Shown in pieces: positions 37,799 through 47,966 of a stretch of DNA of 64,000 nucleotides. The stretch lies in contig OZ246412.1 in the NCBI GenBank assembly GCA_965231075.1, positions 553,787 through 617,786 of the forward strand, written 5' to 3'. The notes beneath the pieces are model-generated. The model did no database searches and had not been told where the DNA came from. It worked only from the letters and a program-made list of their open reading frames with translations. The stretch comes from an uncultured Candidatus Saccharibacteria bacterium. Its GTDB lineage: Bacteria; Patescibacteriota; Minisyncoccia; RBG-13-40-8-A. Positions within the stretch are counted from its first letter, which is position 1, and each line of letters starts with the position of its first letter. The position numbers and the translations under genes were made by a program.

Positions 37799-39175
37799 AT
37801 GACCAATCATGAATTATGGCAATCTGTATTAAGCGAAATTGAGCTTTCTATCTCAAAAGCTAATTTTGTGACCTGGTTTAAAAATACACACATTTTATCT
37901 CAAAAGGATGGCAAGGTTATTGTTGGTGTGCCAAACGGATTCACTAAAGAGTGGCTGGAAAATAAATATAACAAGATTATTTTTAAGGCGCTGAGAAGCT
38001 CCCTGGGCAGAGTTAAGAGCGTAAGTTATGTCATCGCGTCCAACACCAAACCATCCCCCGAAAAAACTACCAAAAAAGAAGACAAAAAAGAAAAAAAACC
38101 GATAATTGTTAAGGAGCAACTAGACATACAGGAATATAAAACCAACGAAAACACCAACCTTAATCCACGCTATACATTTGATTCATTTGTGGTCGCATCG
38201 TTTAATGAGCTGGCCCACGCAGCAGCTAGATCAGTGGTAAACGATTTGGGCAAAATTTACAACCCCTTGTTTATTTACGGCGGAGTCGGTGTGGGAAAAA
38301 CACATTTAATGCAAGCTATCGGTAATGAAATCTATAAAACCAAAAGCAAGAATATTGTTTACTTGTCTTCGGAAAAGTTTAGCGCCGACCTTATCTCCTC
38401 CATCTCTGAAGGGAAGGTAGAGCAATTCAAAGAAAAATATAGAAAGGCCGATGTTTTAATCATTGATGATATTCAATTTCTGGCGGGGAAAGAAAAGACT
38501 CAAGAAATATTCTTTCACACGTTTAATAGTTTGTATGAAAAAAACAAACAAATTATTTTATCCAGTGATCGACCACCCAAGGCCATCCCCACCCTTGAAG
38601 AACGCCTAAGATCACGTTTTGAGGGCGGAATGATCGCCGATATTAGTATGCCCGATTTTGAGACCAGATTAGTGATATTAAAGAAAAAGGCCCAAGAAAT
38701 CGGCATTGAATTATCTGATGAGGCACTAAGCTATATTGCATCTAATGTCCAAAGAAATATTCGGGAATTGGAGGGCGCATTAAATCGAGTGGTGGCATTT
38801 ATTAGAATGAACAACACTATCCCAAACCAGAAACAGCTTATTAAAATATTGAAAACCGTTATCTCTAATCCACAAAAAAGAACTAACTATAAAAAAATAG
38901 CTGAAATTGTTGCCGAGTTTTATGATATTAATGTTAATGAATTAATTAATAGAAGCAGGAAACAAGAAGTTGTTAGGCCTCGCCAAATAGCAATGTATCT
39001 GATGCGCGAGGAATTAAAAAGTTCATATCCTTTTATTGGATCTAAATTAGGAGGAAGAGATCACACTACTGCAATTTATGCTTGTGAAAAAATTGCCAAA
39101 GAAAAAGACATAGATAATGAATTAGAACAAGATTTAAATTTAATAAAAGAAAGACTGTATAGTGAATCAATATAA
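37799..39175 (+). CDS. dnaA: chromosomal replication initiator DnaA
   Basis: LNPRYTFDSFV, YNPLFIYGGVGVGKTHL, IDDIQF, RLRSRF, RPRQIAMYL, GGRDHTT. Confidence 0.98.
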   Translation: MTNHELWQSVLSEIELSISKANFVTWFKNTHILSQKDGKVIVGVPNGFTKEWLENKYNKIIFKALRSSLGRVKSVSYVIASNTKPSPEKTTKKEDKKEKKPIIVKEQLDIQEYKTNENTNLNPRYTFDSFVVASFNELAHAAARSVVNDLGKIYNPLFIYGGVGVGKTHLMQAIGNEIYKTKSKNIVYLSSEKFSADLISSISEGKVEQFKEKYRKADVLIIDDIQFLAGKEKTQEIFFHTFNSLYEKNKQIILSSDRPPKAIPTLEERLRSRFEGGMIADISMPDFETRLVILKKKAQEIGIELSDEALSYIASNVQRNIRELEGALNRVVAFIRMNNTIPNQKQLIKILKTVISNPQKRTNYKKIAEIVAEFYDINVNELINRSRKQEVVRPRQIAMYLMREELKSSYPFIGSKLGGRDHTTAIYACEKIAKEKDIDNELEQDLNLIKERLYSESI

Positions 39176-39385
39176 TATTAATTTGTTAATAAGTAGTAGA
39201 TTAAGTTGTTTATAAAATTAAGGTTTAGAAATTTTACACAAATTAATAAGGTTTTTTAAGTTTATTATTCATACTATTTTACACATAATTTATTTAATTT
39301 TATATAGTATAAAAATAAGTTTTCCACAAAAAATTAAAACATAATAATAGTAATAATTTTTATTTATTAATTAATTATTAAATAT
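39176..39385. other. probable oriC
   Basis: Very AT-rich dnaA-dnaN spacer with DnaA-box-like 9-mers (TGTTAATAA 39184, TTTTACACA 39232 and 39277, TTTTCCACA 39320) followed by trio-like ATAATAATAGTAATAAT (39341-39357). Confidence 0.8.
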
Positions 39386-40501
39386 ATGAAATTAATTTGT
39401 CTTCAAGAAAATTTAAAAAAAGGATTAAATAATATTTCCAATATAACTGGAAAGAATCTAACTCTACCAATTTTAAATAATATTTTATTTAATGTTGATA
39501 AAAAACAATTAAAACTATCAACCACAGACCTAGAAATGGCAATTACTAGTGATATACCTTGTAAGATAGAAAAAGAAGGAAGTATAACTATTCCTGCTAA
39601 ATTATTAGTTAATTTTATTAATAATCTTCCTAATAAAAAAATAGAAATAAACGTAAAAAATAATATAATATTTTTAAAATGCGAAAATTATAATTCTAAT
39701 ATTAAAGGATTAGATTCAAAAGATTTTCCAATTATTCCTAAGATTAAAAACGAACCAATTATTGAAATAGATTCTTATGAATTTAAAAACGCATTAGAAC
39801 AAATTATTAATTTTACATCTATATCTGATATTCGACCAGAAATTTCAGGAATTTTATTAGACCTTAATAATGATAAAAAAATAAAATTTGTTGCTACAGA
39901 TAGTTTTAGATTGGGAGAAAAAATATTAACCATTAAAAATCACAAAATCAAAAAAAATAATTTAGGTTTAATAATAATCCCCTTAAAAACGGCACAAGAA
40001 GTTATAAAAATAATTTCCAATTATGAAAACTGTGAATTAAAAATTAATATTGAAAATAATCAAATTTTATTTAATTTACCAGAAACACAAATAATTTCAA
40101 GACTAATTGAGGGAAATTATCCTAATTATCAACAACTTATATCTAAACAATTCGACACCACAGTTACAATATTAAGAGAAGAATTAATTAAGGCGGTAAA
40201 AATCAGTAGCCTATTTAGCAGCAAAATAAACGATATAAGATTAAAGGTAAACACCAAAAAATCAGAAATAGAAATTTTCTCACAAGACGCCGAACTAGGA
40301 GAAAACTCAGCCGAGATAAAAGGAGATGTAAGTGGCAAGGATTTAGAAATAATTTTTAATCACAAATATTTATTAGACGGACTGAATAATATTAATTCTG
40401 AAAAGATAATTATCGGTTTTAATGGAGATACAAGTCCGGGAATTATAAGACCAGAAGGAAAGGATGACTTTTTGTATATAATTATGCCGATTAAGTTGTA
40501 G
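39386..40501 (+). CDS. dnaN: DNA polymerase III beta clamp
   Basis: LPILNNIL, TDLE, ATDSFRL, SRLIEGNYPNY, YIIMPIK. Confidence 0.96.
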   Translation: MKLICLQENLKKGLNNISNITGKNLTLPILNNILFNVDKKQLKLSTTDLEMAITSDIPCKIEKEGSITIPAKLLVNFINNLPNKKIEINVKNNIIFLKCENYNSNIKGLDSKDFPIIPKIKNEPIIEIDSYEFKNALEQIINFTSISDIRPEISGILLDLNNDKKIKFVATDSFRLGEKILTIKNHKIKKNNLGLIIIPLKTAQEVIKIISNYENCELKINIENNQILFNLPETQIISRLIEGNYPNYQQLISKQFDTTVTILREELIKAVKISSLFSSKINDIRLKVNTKKSEIEIFSQDAELGENSAEIKGDVSGKDLEIIFNHKYLLDGLNNINSEKIIIGFNGDTSPGIIRPEGKDDFLYIIMPIKL

Positions 40502-40502
40502 T

Positions 40503-40781
40503 ATGCAACACATTAAATCAATAATTATAAACAAAACGGCAAATCGCATAGTTCAAAAAGTTGATAACAATATTGTCTGTAAAGAAGTAGAAAAAATGAT
40601 AAAACAAAAAAGTGTCGAGGAATTCGAGACACTTTTTTATAAAAACAAAAACATCTATATTAGATGTTTTAATGCAGCAACGGCCAACGAAATAAGTTTA
40701 ATACAGGAAGAGATAAAGCAGGAAATAAACGATTTATTTAAAAAGACGGTGTTAAATCGAATAATTATCAAAATCGATTAA
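40503..40781 (+). CDS. DciA (DUF721)-like helicase operator
   Basis: 92 aa after dnaN; IYIRCFNAATANEI..IQEEIKQEIN....VLNRI pattern. Confidence 0.6.
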   Translation: MQHIKSIIINKTANRIVQKVDNNIVCKEVEKMIKQKSVEEFETLFYKNKNIYIRCFNAATANEISLIQEEIKQEINDLFKKTVLNRIIIKID

Positions 40782-43144
40782 TAATTATAGTTCGTCGTAT
40801 TTCCGTTGTCATATTCTTGCGGTAGTGGTAAATTGTAAAGATACCCGTCGTTTAATGTGTTGATCCAGTTTAATATTGGTTGTTCCCAGTTAATAAATTG
40901 AGAGTCGTCTCGCCCATTAGTATCTTCTAGTGGGTTTTCTTTATTTAGATAATACAAGATTGAATGGATTTGGGGATAAGCTCTTTCTTCGATCATGTCA
41001 AAAGGAGTGAGATTAGTTGCCAATTTTCCGTTGAATTTATTTACTCTAACAATCAGTTCATTGATATATAAACCATTAAGGACGTTTTTGTTGGTTATTA
41101 TGGGTTCTGGCTTAATAAACTCTTCGGCTTGTTGTGGCAGGTTGAAATAATTATCTGGTTTTGTGGAATTTTGTAATTCCTGTTTTTTGGCATATGATTT
41201 TTTAATAAATTCGTTCCAGATAGGAGCAGCAATTACGGCCCCAGGCTCTTTATTTATTGGGGTGTTGTCATTATTCCCTGTCCAAACGCCAACAGCTATT
41301 GATGGTGTATACCCAACAGTCCAACCATCTCGATAATCTTGTGTGGTGCCAGTTTTAGCAGCTGCAGGAATTCCTTCGATATGCAAGTAAGAATTTCTAC
41401 CAAAAATAGGAGCGCGATAATCCTCAGAAGAGAGAATTTCTGAAATCATGCGTGCAATTTGTGGTTCAATCACTTTTTGGGGCTTGTTCTGATATTCTTC
41501 AATAATCTCATTACGATTATTTTCTATGCGCAAAATTCCTTGGATAGAGTTCTTAACGCCATCATTAGCGAATACTCCAAAAGCAGCAGTTTCCTCTAAT
41601 AATTTAACCTCTCCTCCGCCCAAGACCAATGACAAACCAAAACGTGATCGATCTTTTAATGTCTCAATTCCCATATCCTGAGCCAGATTAATGGTTTCGT
41701 TCACTCCTGCTAAATAAAGTGTTTTTACTGATGGAATGTTTAATGATTGAGCCAAAGATTCTTTAAGTGATATCGGTCCACGGAATTTTCCGTCGTAATT
41801 TTTAGGGTGATAACAATCTAGTCCATATTGGTCTTTTTCTTGGCTTGCATCTGAAGAGCAATTAGGATTAAATTCTGTTTTAAGATCAAACAGTATTGTG
41901 TCTAGAGTAAACCCCTTTTTAAATGCCATGGCATAGGCAAACGGCTTAAATGAAGAGCCAGGTTGTCTGGGCCTGGTAGTTACATTAACATTGGGCTCAA
42001 ATAGGCAATTTTTCCCCGGTGTACACCCCTTCGGGTAAGATTCTGCCCAATAATCCTTGGATCCGACCATGGCCAAAATTTGGCCTGTTTTAGGATCTAT
42101 TGCTGATAGTGCTGCGTTTTGAGCATTGAATTTCTTGCCGTTTGTGTCAGCAATATTTTTGATAGCTTGTTCGGCAATTTGTTGTAGGTCCCAATCGAGG
42201 GTTGTGTAAACCTTTAATCCGGCAGTTTCGATGTAGTCTTGACCGTATTTGTTTTCTAAATATTCTTTAATGTACATCACAAAATGCGGAGCTTTGAAAC
42301 TAGAACGAATAGGCAAAAAAACTAGTTTCTCGCTTTTTGCATTATTGTATTGCTCGGCATTGATATAGCCGAGATCGTTCATCCTTTTCAAAACGTATTC
42401 TTGGCGTGCTTTAGTGGTATCAAAATGCGATCCATAGGGAGAATAATAACTTGGCGCTTGTGTTAGGGCTGCCAACAATGCCGATTCTGCCAAAGTTAAA
42501 TTTCGAGCATTCTTACCAAAAAACGTTTGTGCTGCCGCCTCTACGCCATAAGCATTAGAACCATAGGGGACCTGATTAAGATAAAATCCGAGGATTTCAT
42601 CTTTGGTGTATTTGATTTCTAATTCAATTGCCAAAACCGCTTCTTTAATTTTTCTAACGTAAGTTTTTTCGGATGTTAAAATTGCATTCTTAACGAATTG
42701 TTGAGTAATTGTTGATCCGCCAACGCTGGTTTTAGTTCCTAGGACGGTTTTTCCGATAAGATTGCTAATCACGGACCTGGCAACCCCTTTCAAGTCGATT
42801 CCGAAATGATGATAAAAATTATTATCCTCAATAGCAATCGTAGCGTCTTTAATGTACTGAGGCATGTCCCCAAACGGAATAATAGTTCTCTTTTCTTCTC
42901 CGTGTACATCATATAATATTATTTCTCCCGTACGGTCATATATTTTAGTTGATTCGCTAACCGTTCTCTGGGTTAAGCTCTCGGGGCTAGGAAGGTCCTT
43001 CATAAAGAATGCGAAAGTAAGTACAATAATCAGAAACAAGATAATAAACAGCCAAATTAAAACACTGAATTTGGCTTTTGCAAATTTTATCCAACGCGAA
43101 TAAAATCTATCTTTAATGTTTTTATATGACTCCAATTTTGGCAT
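40778..43144 (-). CDS. class A penicillin-binding protein (PBP1A family)
   Basis: EDNNFYHHFG, GGSTITQQ, RKIKE, RQPGSSFKP, SLN, KTGT. Confidence 0.93.
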   Translation of the reverse strand: MPKLESYKNIKDRFYSRWIKFAKAKFSVLIWLFIILFLIIVLTFAFFMKDLPSPESLTQRTVSESTKIYDRTGEIILYDVHGEEKRTIIPFGDMPQYIKDATIAIEDNNFYHHFGIDLKGVARSVISNLIGKTVLGTKTSVGGSTITQQFVKNAILTSEKTYVRKIKEAVLAIELEIKYTKDEILGFYLNQVPYGSNAYGVEAAAQTFFGKNARNLTLAESALLAALTQAPSYYSPYGSHFDTTKARQEYVLKRMNDLGYINAEQYNNAKSEKLVFLPIRSSFKAPHFVMYIKEYLENKYGQDYIETAGLKVYTTLDWDLQQIAEQAIKNIADTNGKKFNAQNAALSAIDPKTGQILAMVGSKDYWAESYPKGCTPGKNCLFEPNVNVTTRPRQPGSSFKPFAYAMAFKKGFTLDTILFDLKTEFNPNCSSDASQEKDQYGLDCYHPKNYDGKFRGPISLKESLAQSLNIPSVKTLYLAGVNETINLAQDMGIETLKDRSRFGLSLVLGGGEVKLLEETAAFGVFANDGVKNSIQGILRIENNRNEIIEEYQNKPQKVIEPQIARMISEILSSEDYRAPIFGRNSYLHIEGIPAAAKTGTTQDYRDGWTVGYTPSIAVGVWTGNNDNTPINKEPGAVIAAPIWNEFIKKSYAKKQELQNSTKPDNYFNLPQQAEEFIKPEPIITNKNVLNGLYINELIVRVNKFNGKLATNLTPFDMIEERAYPQIHSILYYLNKENPLEDTNGRDDSQFINWEQPILNWINTLNDGYLYNLPLPQEYDNGNTTNYNY

Positions 43145-43190
43145 ACCTATAAACAATATTACATTTTAATCATAACATTTATTGCTCCTA

Positions 43191-43230
43191 AATTAAAACT
43201 CCTCCAAAATGTGTTGGAGGAGTTTTAATT
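43191..43230 (-). terminator. intrinsic terminator
   Basis: 17-bp perfect stem AATTAAAACTCCTCCAA/TTGGAGGAGTTTTAATT. Confidence 0.8.
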
Positions 43231-43241
43231 TTTTATTTCAC

Positions 43242-43457
43242 CTATTCTTCGTCTCCGTCTTCGTCATCTTCGTCGTCCTCGTCGTCGTCTCCAAGTCCGA
43301 AGTCGTCATCTTCCTCTTTTGTCTCTTCATCGTCGGCACCTTCGATTCCTTCTCCTTCTTCGATCCCGAGGTCTTTATCGTCATCACTTGCATTGTCGTC
43401 TTCGTCTCCGCTGAACGCAAGAATTTTAGAAGTTTCGTCAATGGTTGTTAAAGTCAT
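43242..43457 (-). CDS. small hyper-acidic protein
   Basis: 71 aa with 37 D/E; TTGACA-16-TATAAT promoter at 43536-43509 and terminator downstream. Confidence 0.65.
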   Translation of the reverse strand: MTLTTIDETSKILAFSGDEDDNASDDDKDLGIEEGEGIEGADDEETKEEDDDFGLGDDDEDDEDDEDGDEE

Positions 43458-43607
43458 GTTGATTACTTCTTAATTGTTATTTACCCCTATTTTAGGGCTA
43501 TGCGTCTTATTATAATTATAAAAAATAGCGTGTCAACCCCTGTTAAATAAAAATCTCTGATTTTTGATTTTTGTAACACAAAAATCATTTAACGGGGTCA
43601 ACCCCTT

Positions 43608-44081
43608 TTAGCCAAATTTCACTGAATTTGCGCAACAAATAGCAATCGCCAGAGCGTCGGCGGCATCATCTGGCTTGGGAATTTCTCTTAACCCCAATAA
43701 AACCTTTACCATCTTCTGAACCTGATTTTTTTCCGCTCGACCATAACAAGCAACTGCCTGTTTGATCTGCAAAGGAGTATATTCAGCTATTTTTGTCTTG
43801 GCTTGGGCAATGGTTAAGAGGATTACGCCTCTGGCCTGACTAACTTTGATTGCTGTTTTTAGATTTTTAAAGAAGAAAAGATCTTCCACCGCAACGATAT
43901 CGGGTTTGTGGAGTTTAATTAAATCGGTTAACTCGTTATGAAGTTTTTCTAGTCGTTCAGCAGTAGAAAAGTCGGTAGTTGTCTTAATGCAACCATATTC
44001 GATAAGTTCTAATTTTTTCGGCCCCTTAATTACGCCGTACCCAATTGTCGCTGTTCCCGGATCAATGCCAAGTATAATCAT
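43608..44081 (-). CDS. ruvC: Holliday junction resolvase RuvC
   Basis: ILGIDPG, VE.LFF, QARGV, DDAADALA. Confidence 0.96.
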   Translation of the reverse strand: MIILGIDPGTATIGYGVIKGPKKLELIEYGCIKTTTDFSTAERLEKLHNELTDLIKLHKPDIVAVEDLFFFKNLKTAIKVSQARGVILLTIAQAKTKIAEYTPLQIKQAVACYGRAEKNQVQKMVKVLLGLREIPKPDDAADALAIAICCANSVKFG

Positions 44082-44085
44082 AAAT

Positions 44086-45204
44086 TTATTGTTTTAATTC
44101 TGTCCTGATTTGTTTTATTTTTTCAATATCTTCAACCGCCCGTTCTATTGTCTTTATTTGTTCGCGTTTTTGATTGTTTTTTTCTTCTGATCCAAAGAAA
44201 ATCATTGCCATGTCTAACATTTTTTCTGCGGACCTGTCCTTTGATTCATAAATTTTTTGCGCGAAGGAACGGAAAAGTTCTTTCGCCTGATCGGGACTAT
44301 CTTTGAATTTAGGTTGCCGTAGTGCCACTTCAAAAATTTGATCGGCGCGCATTTCTGGTGTTAGTTGTTTAGCGATGGTTTCAAAAATTTTACGTGCGAT
44401 TTCAATGTTTATGGAAAATTCATTTTCAAAAACATTCTTAACGTTATCAACGTCTTCTTTTGTAACTCTTCCCGTATCGATAAGTCTTTGAATATCGGTT
44501 ATGTCGTACTTTCTTCCCTGATGCAATTTATAATATAAAACCTTTCCGGGATGAGATAGATTGAGTTGTTTTCCTTTAAATTCAATAGGACAAGATTTTG
44601 CCCATTCTTCAGGGAGGACCACGCCGAATTCTCCTAGTGGTTGTCCGTCTAGATTCTTTTTGACAACATGGACGTCTATAAAATTTAATGATCTGTCTGT
44701 GCGTATCTCCCCGCTTTTATTGATGGCAACTATTTGCATGTTCTCCGTCTCGGAACTTCTAAAGTCCCTGTAATTGACGCGCCTTAACGTTCTATTTCCG
44801 GTTTCATTTTCTGTTCTAGACAAGAACAATCCGTATCCCTTTTCCGCTAGCCATGTTTCAAGAGCAGAAAGGCCTTCCTCTTCAACGGAAATATCAACAT
44901 CTTTATGGTTGCCAATATATTCTCCGTTCAACAATGAAATATTAATAGCTCCATCTATGTGCCAATTTAGCCCAGAATTTTCAAAAACTTCGCCGAGCTC
45001 AATCAACCGTTGATCCATTTTTTCTTTTTGTTCTGGCGTGGCTGGTTTGCGTTTGAAGTTGTCGTCTATGTTTTCTCTGTCAAAAGGTTCCCATGGTGGT
45101 TGTTTTTGCTCAAAAAGTTCTTCGTGATTTTCAGGTTGTTCTGGGCGAGGAGTTCCTTTGTCGGCACTTTCTTGTGCTGGGGTACAATTTTCTTTTAAAT
45201 TCAT
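44086..45204 (-). CDS. nucleotidyltransferase-superfamily protein (ANT(2'')/LicD-like motif)
   Basis: WHIDGAINISLLNG...HKDVDISV and a later FIDVH third-Asp motif; KLHQGRKYD. Confidence 0.6.
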   Translation of the reverse strand: MNLKENCTPAQESADKGTPRPEQPENHEELFEQKQPPWEPFDRENIDDNFKRKPATPEQKEKMDQRLIELGEVFENSGLNWHIDGAINISLLNGEYIGNHKDVDISVEEEGLSALETWLAEKGYGLFLSRTENETGNRTLRRVNYRDFRSSETENMQIVAINKSGEIRTDRSLNFIDVHVVKKNLDGQPLGEFGVVLPEEWAKSCPIEFKGKQLNLSHPGKVLYYKLHQGRKYDITDIQRLIDTGRVTKEDVDNVKNVFENEFSINIEIARKIFETIAKQLTPEMRADQIFEVALRQPKFKDSPDQAKELFRSFAQKIYESKDRSAEKMLDMAMIFFGSEEKNNQKREQIKTIERAVEDIEKIKQIRTELKQ

Positions 45205-45926
45205 AAATTTACGTTTGAATAAATTTCGTTGACATCGTCGTTTTCGTCGAGGGCGTCGAAAAGTTTTTCGATACGCGCCTTCCCCTCTTCGGAAACGTTA
45301 ACTTCGTTTTTTGCAATCCATTCTAATCCCGATTCTTCAATTTCAATATTTTCTTTTTTTAACGCTTCTTTAACTTTTTCTAAATTTTCTGGAGAAGTTT
45401 TTATTTCTAAAATATCCTCTTGTAATTTTATATCTTCCGCTCCGGCATCAATCATCGACAACTCAATTTCTTCAATCGGTTTAGAAATTTTATTCTTATC
45501 AACCCTAATCACACCCATTTGATTAAAATTCCATTTTACACTGCCGTTTTCCGCTAATCTTCCATCAAAAGTGCTTAAAATGTGCCTGATTTCAGAAATT
45601 ACTCTGTTTTTGTTATCGGTGATGACCTCTAGAATGAGCTGGCTCCCTTCTGGGCCATAAGCTTCATAAACAATTTCTTCTAACTGTGTGGCGTCCTTGT
45701 TTTCACCAGAACCCTTTTTGATCGCCCTCTGAATATTGTCGTTGGGCATATTATAGGAACGCGCCTTATCGATAGCCATGCGCAAAGAGGGGTTGGTGAC
45801 TGGGTCGCCACCTTTTCTGGCAGAAATTTCAATAAATTTAGCCATTTTACTAAAAACCTTACCACGTTTTTTATCCATGGCCTCTTTTCGCACTTTTATA
45901 TTTGCCCACTTATTGTGTCCGCTCAT
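45201..45926 (-). CDS. yebC: YebC/PmpR family protein
   Basis: MSGHNKWANIK, YEAYGP, TDNKNR, DDVNEIYSN. Confidence 0.95.
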   Translation of the reverse strand: MSGHNKWANIKVRKEAMDKKRGKVFSKMAKFIEISARKGGDPVTNPSLRMAIDKARSYNMPNDNIQRAIKKGSGENKDATQLEEIVYEAYGPEGSQLILEVITDNKNRVISEIRHILSTFDGRLAENGSVKWNFNQMGVIRVDKNKISKPIEEIELSMIDAGAEDIKLQEDILEIKTSPENLEKVKEALKKENIEIEESGLEWIAKNEVNVSEEGKARIEKLFDALDENDDVNEIYSNVNL

Positions 45927-45948
45927 ATATATAGAGTTTTGCAGAAAT

Positions 45949-47508
45949 TTATCCTGTTGGCAAGCCTTTTTTCCGGAACTTAATTAACAACAACCCCAAA
46001 AATCCCATCCCAAAAACAATCGCGACAATAATGAATACGAGATTTAGTGGGCTCTGACCAATGGGCTGAGTTACTCCCGCCAATTGATTGGTTGTTGAGT
46101 TTTGGTTCTTGGTTATTGGGACTTGATTGGTCATTGAAAATTGGTCATTGGGGCTTGTGGCGACATAGCCACCACTAATCTTATTTTCTGTTAGATTTAT
46201 AGAATATGTTTTGGTGGAATTCTTGGTTGTTTGTGGCTCAACGATATTTAATTGTGAAACCGTCTGCTTGCTGGGATTCGTAGCGATACCTGAAATATTC
46301 GGTAATCCGGGCGTAGCATCTGACCAAACAAATCCTTCCTCTGTTCGGGCTGATGATTTTCCTTGTGGCGGTTTTTCATATTTTACTTCCTGAAACAGAA
46401 TTCCGCCAGGCATCAAGAGTTTAACCGAATCAACATCATTATTTAAAGTGATTTTTGTAATCGGTCGAGAAAACACCAAATAACTTTTTGGCGCGATTAA
46501 GGTATTTTCCGGAAAGGTGAATGCTTTGCTCGACGAAGCAGAGTCGTCCAGTTGCCAACCACTGATATCGGTTATAAAATTGGAATCATTGTAAATTTCG
46601 ATCCATTCTTCCTCCTCGTCTGTGCCGGTCGGATTTGCCATAAATTCATTAATTGTGATTTGTGCTTGCTCGATTTTAACCGTAATTGTGTCAGAGGCAT
46701 AATTTCTACCATCATAAACCGTAAGCGTAACTAAATAAGTGCCCGGGAAGGTATATGTGTATGCAAATGAGGGTTGTTCTATAAGCTTTCCGTTGCCCAT
46801 ATTCCATTCATAGTGTAGATCGATAGTATCTGGATCAGAAGACCTTGAGCCATCAAATTTAATTTCTTGATTTACAAACCCAATAATATTGTCGCCAGCA
46901 TTGGCGACAGGTTTACTCTCCGCCGAAGAGGCGGACAGAATTGACTGCTCTTCGGATTCTTCTGTCGACGACGAACTAGAAGTCGGTTCTTCCGGGGGTG
47001 CAGAAAAGCTATTTAATGTTCCTGGTGTCGGTGTGCCAGTTTTCCATATTGAACCGTCATTTTGAAGCGATTGCCCATTACCATTAGCTCCTTGGGTTGA
47101 ATTATATGTGACTTCATCGATAATTATTAAATTATTATCTTTAACTGCCAATCCCTCGCCGTCATTGCTTAAAGAAAACGCACTATCAAAGATTGTTCCC
47201 GAAAAACTAGGATTATCGATTAGAAATTTGCTTGAATCATCAGCAATAATTGCATATCCATTAGGAGAAAGCACAATATTGCCTTGTGCTACGGTTAATC
47301 CGTGATTGGTATTATTTTCAAAAAATTTCCAATTAGTTAAATCAATCGATGTATCGCCATTATTCAAAATTTCCACCCACTCTCTACCGCCGTCTGCTCC
47401 AGTTTCTAAATCATACATAATTTCATTAATAACCACTGCTCCAAAGGCAGGGTTGGCAATTAAAAAAAGAGCAATAAAAACTATAATTTTGAAAAAATTA
47501 ATTTTCAT
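45949..47508 (-). CDS. surface protein: lamin-tail + PKD + lamin-tail, C-terminal TM
   Basis: VVINEIMY...EWVEI; PVANAGD...FDGSRSSDPD...YTFPGTYLVTLTV; ITINEFM...EWIEIYN. Confidence 0.85.
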   Translation of the reverse strand: MKINFFKIIVFIALFLIANPAFGAVVINEIMYDLETGADGGREWVEILNNGDTSIDLTNWKFFENNTNHGLTVAQGNIVLSPNGYAIIADDSSKFLIDNPSFSGTIFDSAFSLSNDGEGLAVKDNNLIIIDEVTYNSTQGANGNGQSLQNDGSIWKTGTPTPGTLNSFSAPPEEPTSSSSSTEESEEQSILSASSAESKPVANAGDNIIGFVNQEIKFDGSRSSDPDTIDLHYEWNMGNGKLIEQPSFAYTYTFPGTYLVTLTVYDGRNYASDTITVKIEQAQITINEFMANPTGTDEEEEWIEIYNDSNFITDISGWQLDDSASSSKAFTFPENTLIAPKSYLVFSRPITKITLNNDVDSVKLLMPGGILFQEVKYEKPPQGKSSARTEEGFVWSDATPGLPNISGIATNPSKQTVSQLNIVEPQTTKNSTKTYSINLTENKISGGYVATSPNDQFSMTNQVPITKNQNSTTNQLAGVTQPIGQSPLNLVFIIVAIVFGMGFLGLLLIKFRKKGLPTG

Positions 47509-47565
47509 ATATTTTTATTCGCTCTAATTATAGTATATAAAATTTTTCGCAATCAAAAAAGAGCC

Positions 47566-47964
47566 CTATGGCTCTTTTTGGTCTAAGTGTAGTTGCTTCT
47601 TTAGTTTAGACGCCCACATGCCCCAAGACAAAAGAAGGATTCCTAACGGGATAGCGACGATCAAGAAATACTTACTATCTAATATGTTTTCTGTTGTTAA
47701 ACGATAGACGAGAGAAAACCCAAACATTCCCACGATCACATCGAATGTCCGATTAATAATGGGCTCACGAATTTTACGCGAGATTTCAAATAGTTCATAA
47801 AAGATTAACAAGACCAGAACAATAACGGCGCTTTTTAAGAGAGACAGTTGAATAATCGAAGAAATGGCTGCTAATATACACCCGGACAGAAAATGATTTA
47901 TCGACCAACAATCCAGATATTTCTTTTTAACCCAAATCTTTATGTACCACTTATTATGAATCAT
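47566..47964 (-). CDS. hypothetical membrane protein
   Basis: D.WSINHFLSG, YELFE, E...NR.FD.IVG with ~3 TMs. Confidence 0.7.
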   Translation of the reverse strand: MIHNKWYIKIWVKKKYLDCWSINHFLSGCILAAISSIIQLSLLKSAVIVLVLLIFYELFEISRKIREPIINRTFDVIVGMFGFSLVYRLTTENILDSKYFLIVAIPLGILLLSWGMWASKLKKQLHLDQKEP

Positions 47965-47966
47965 AT

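Noticed and set aside
43238-43441. Alternative K/T-rich frame over the acidic protein
   Set aside because: It is the shifted reading of GAY/GAR codons; third-position variation supports the acidic frame
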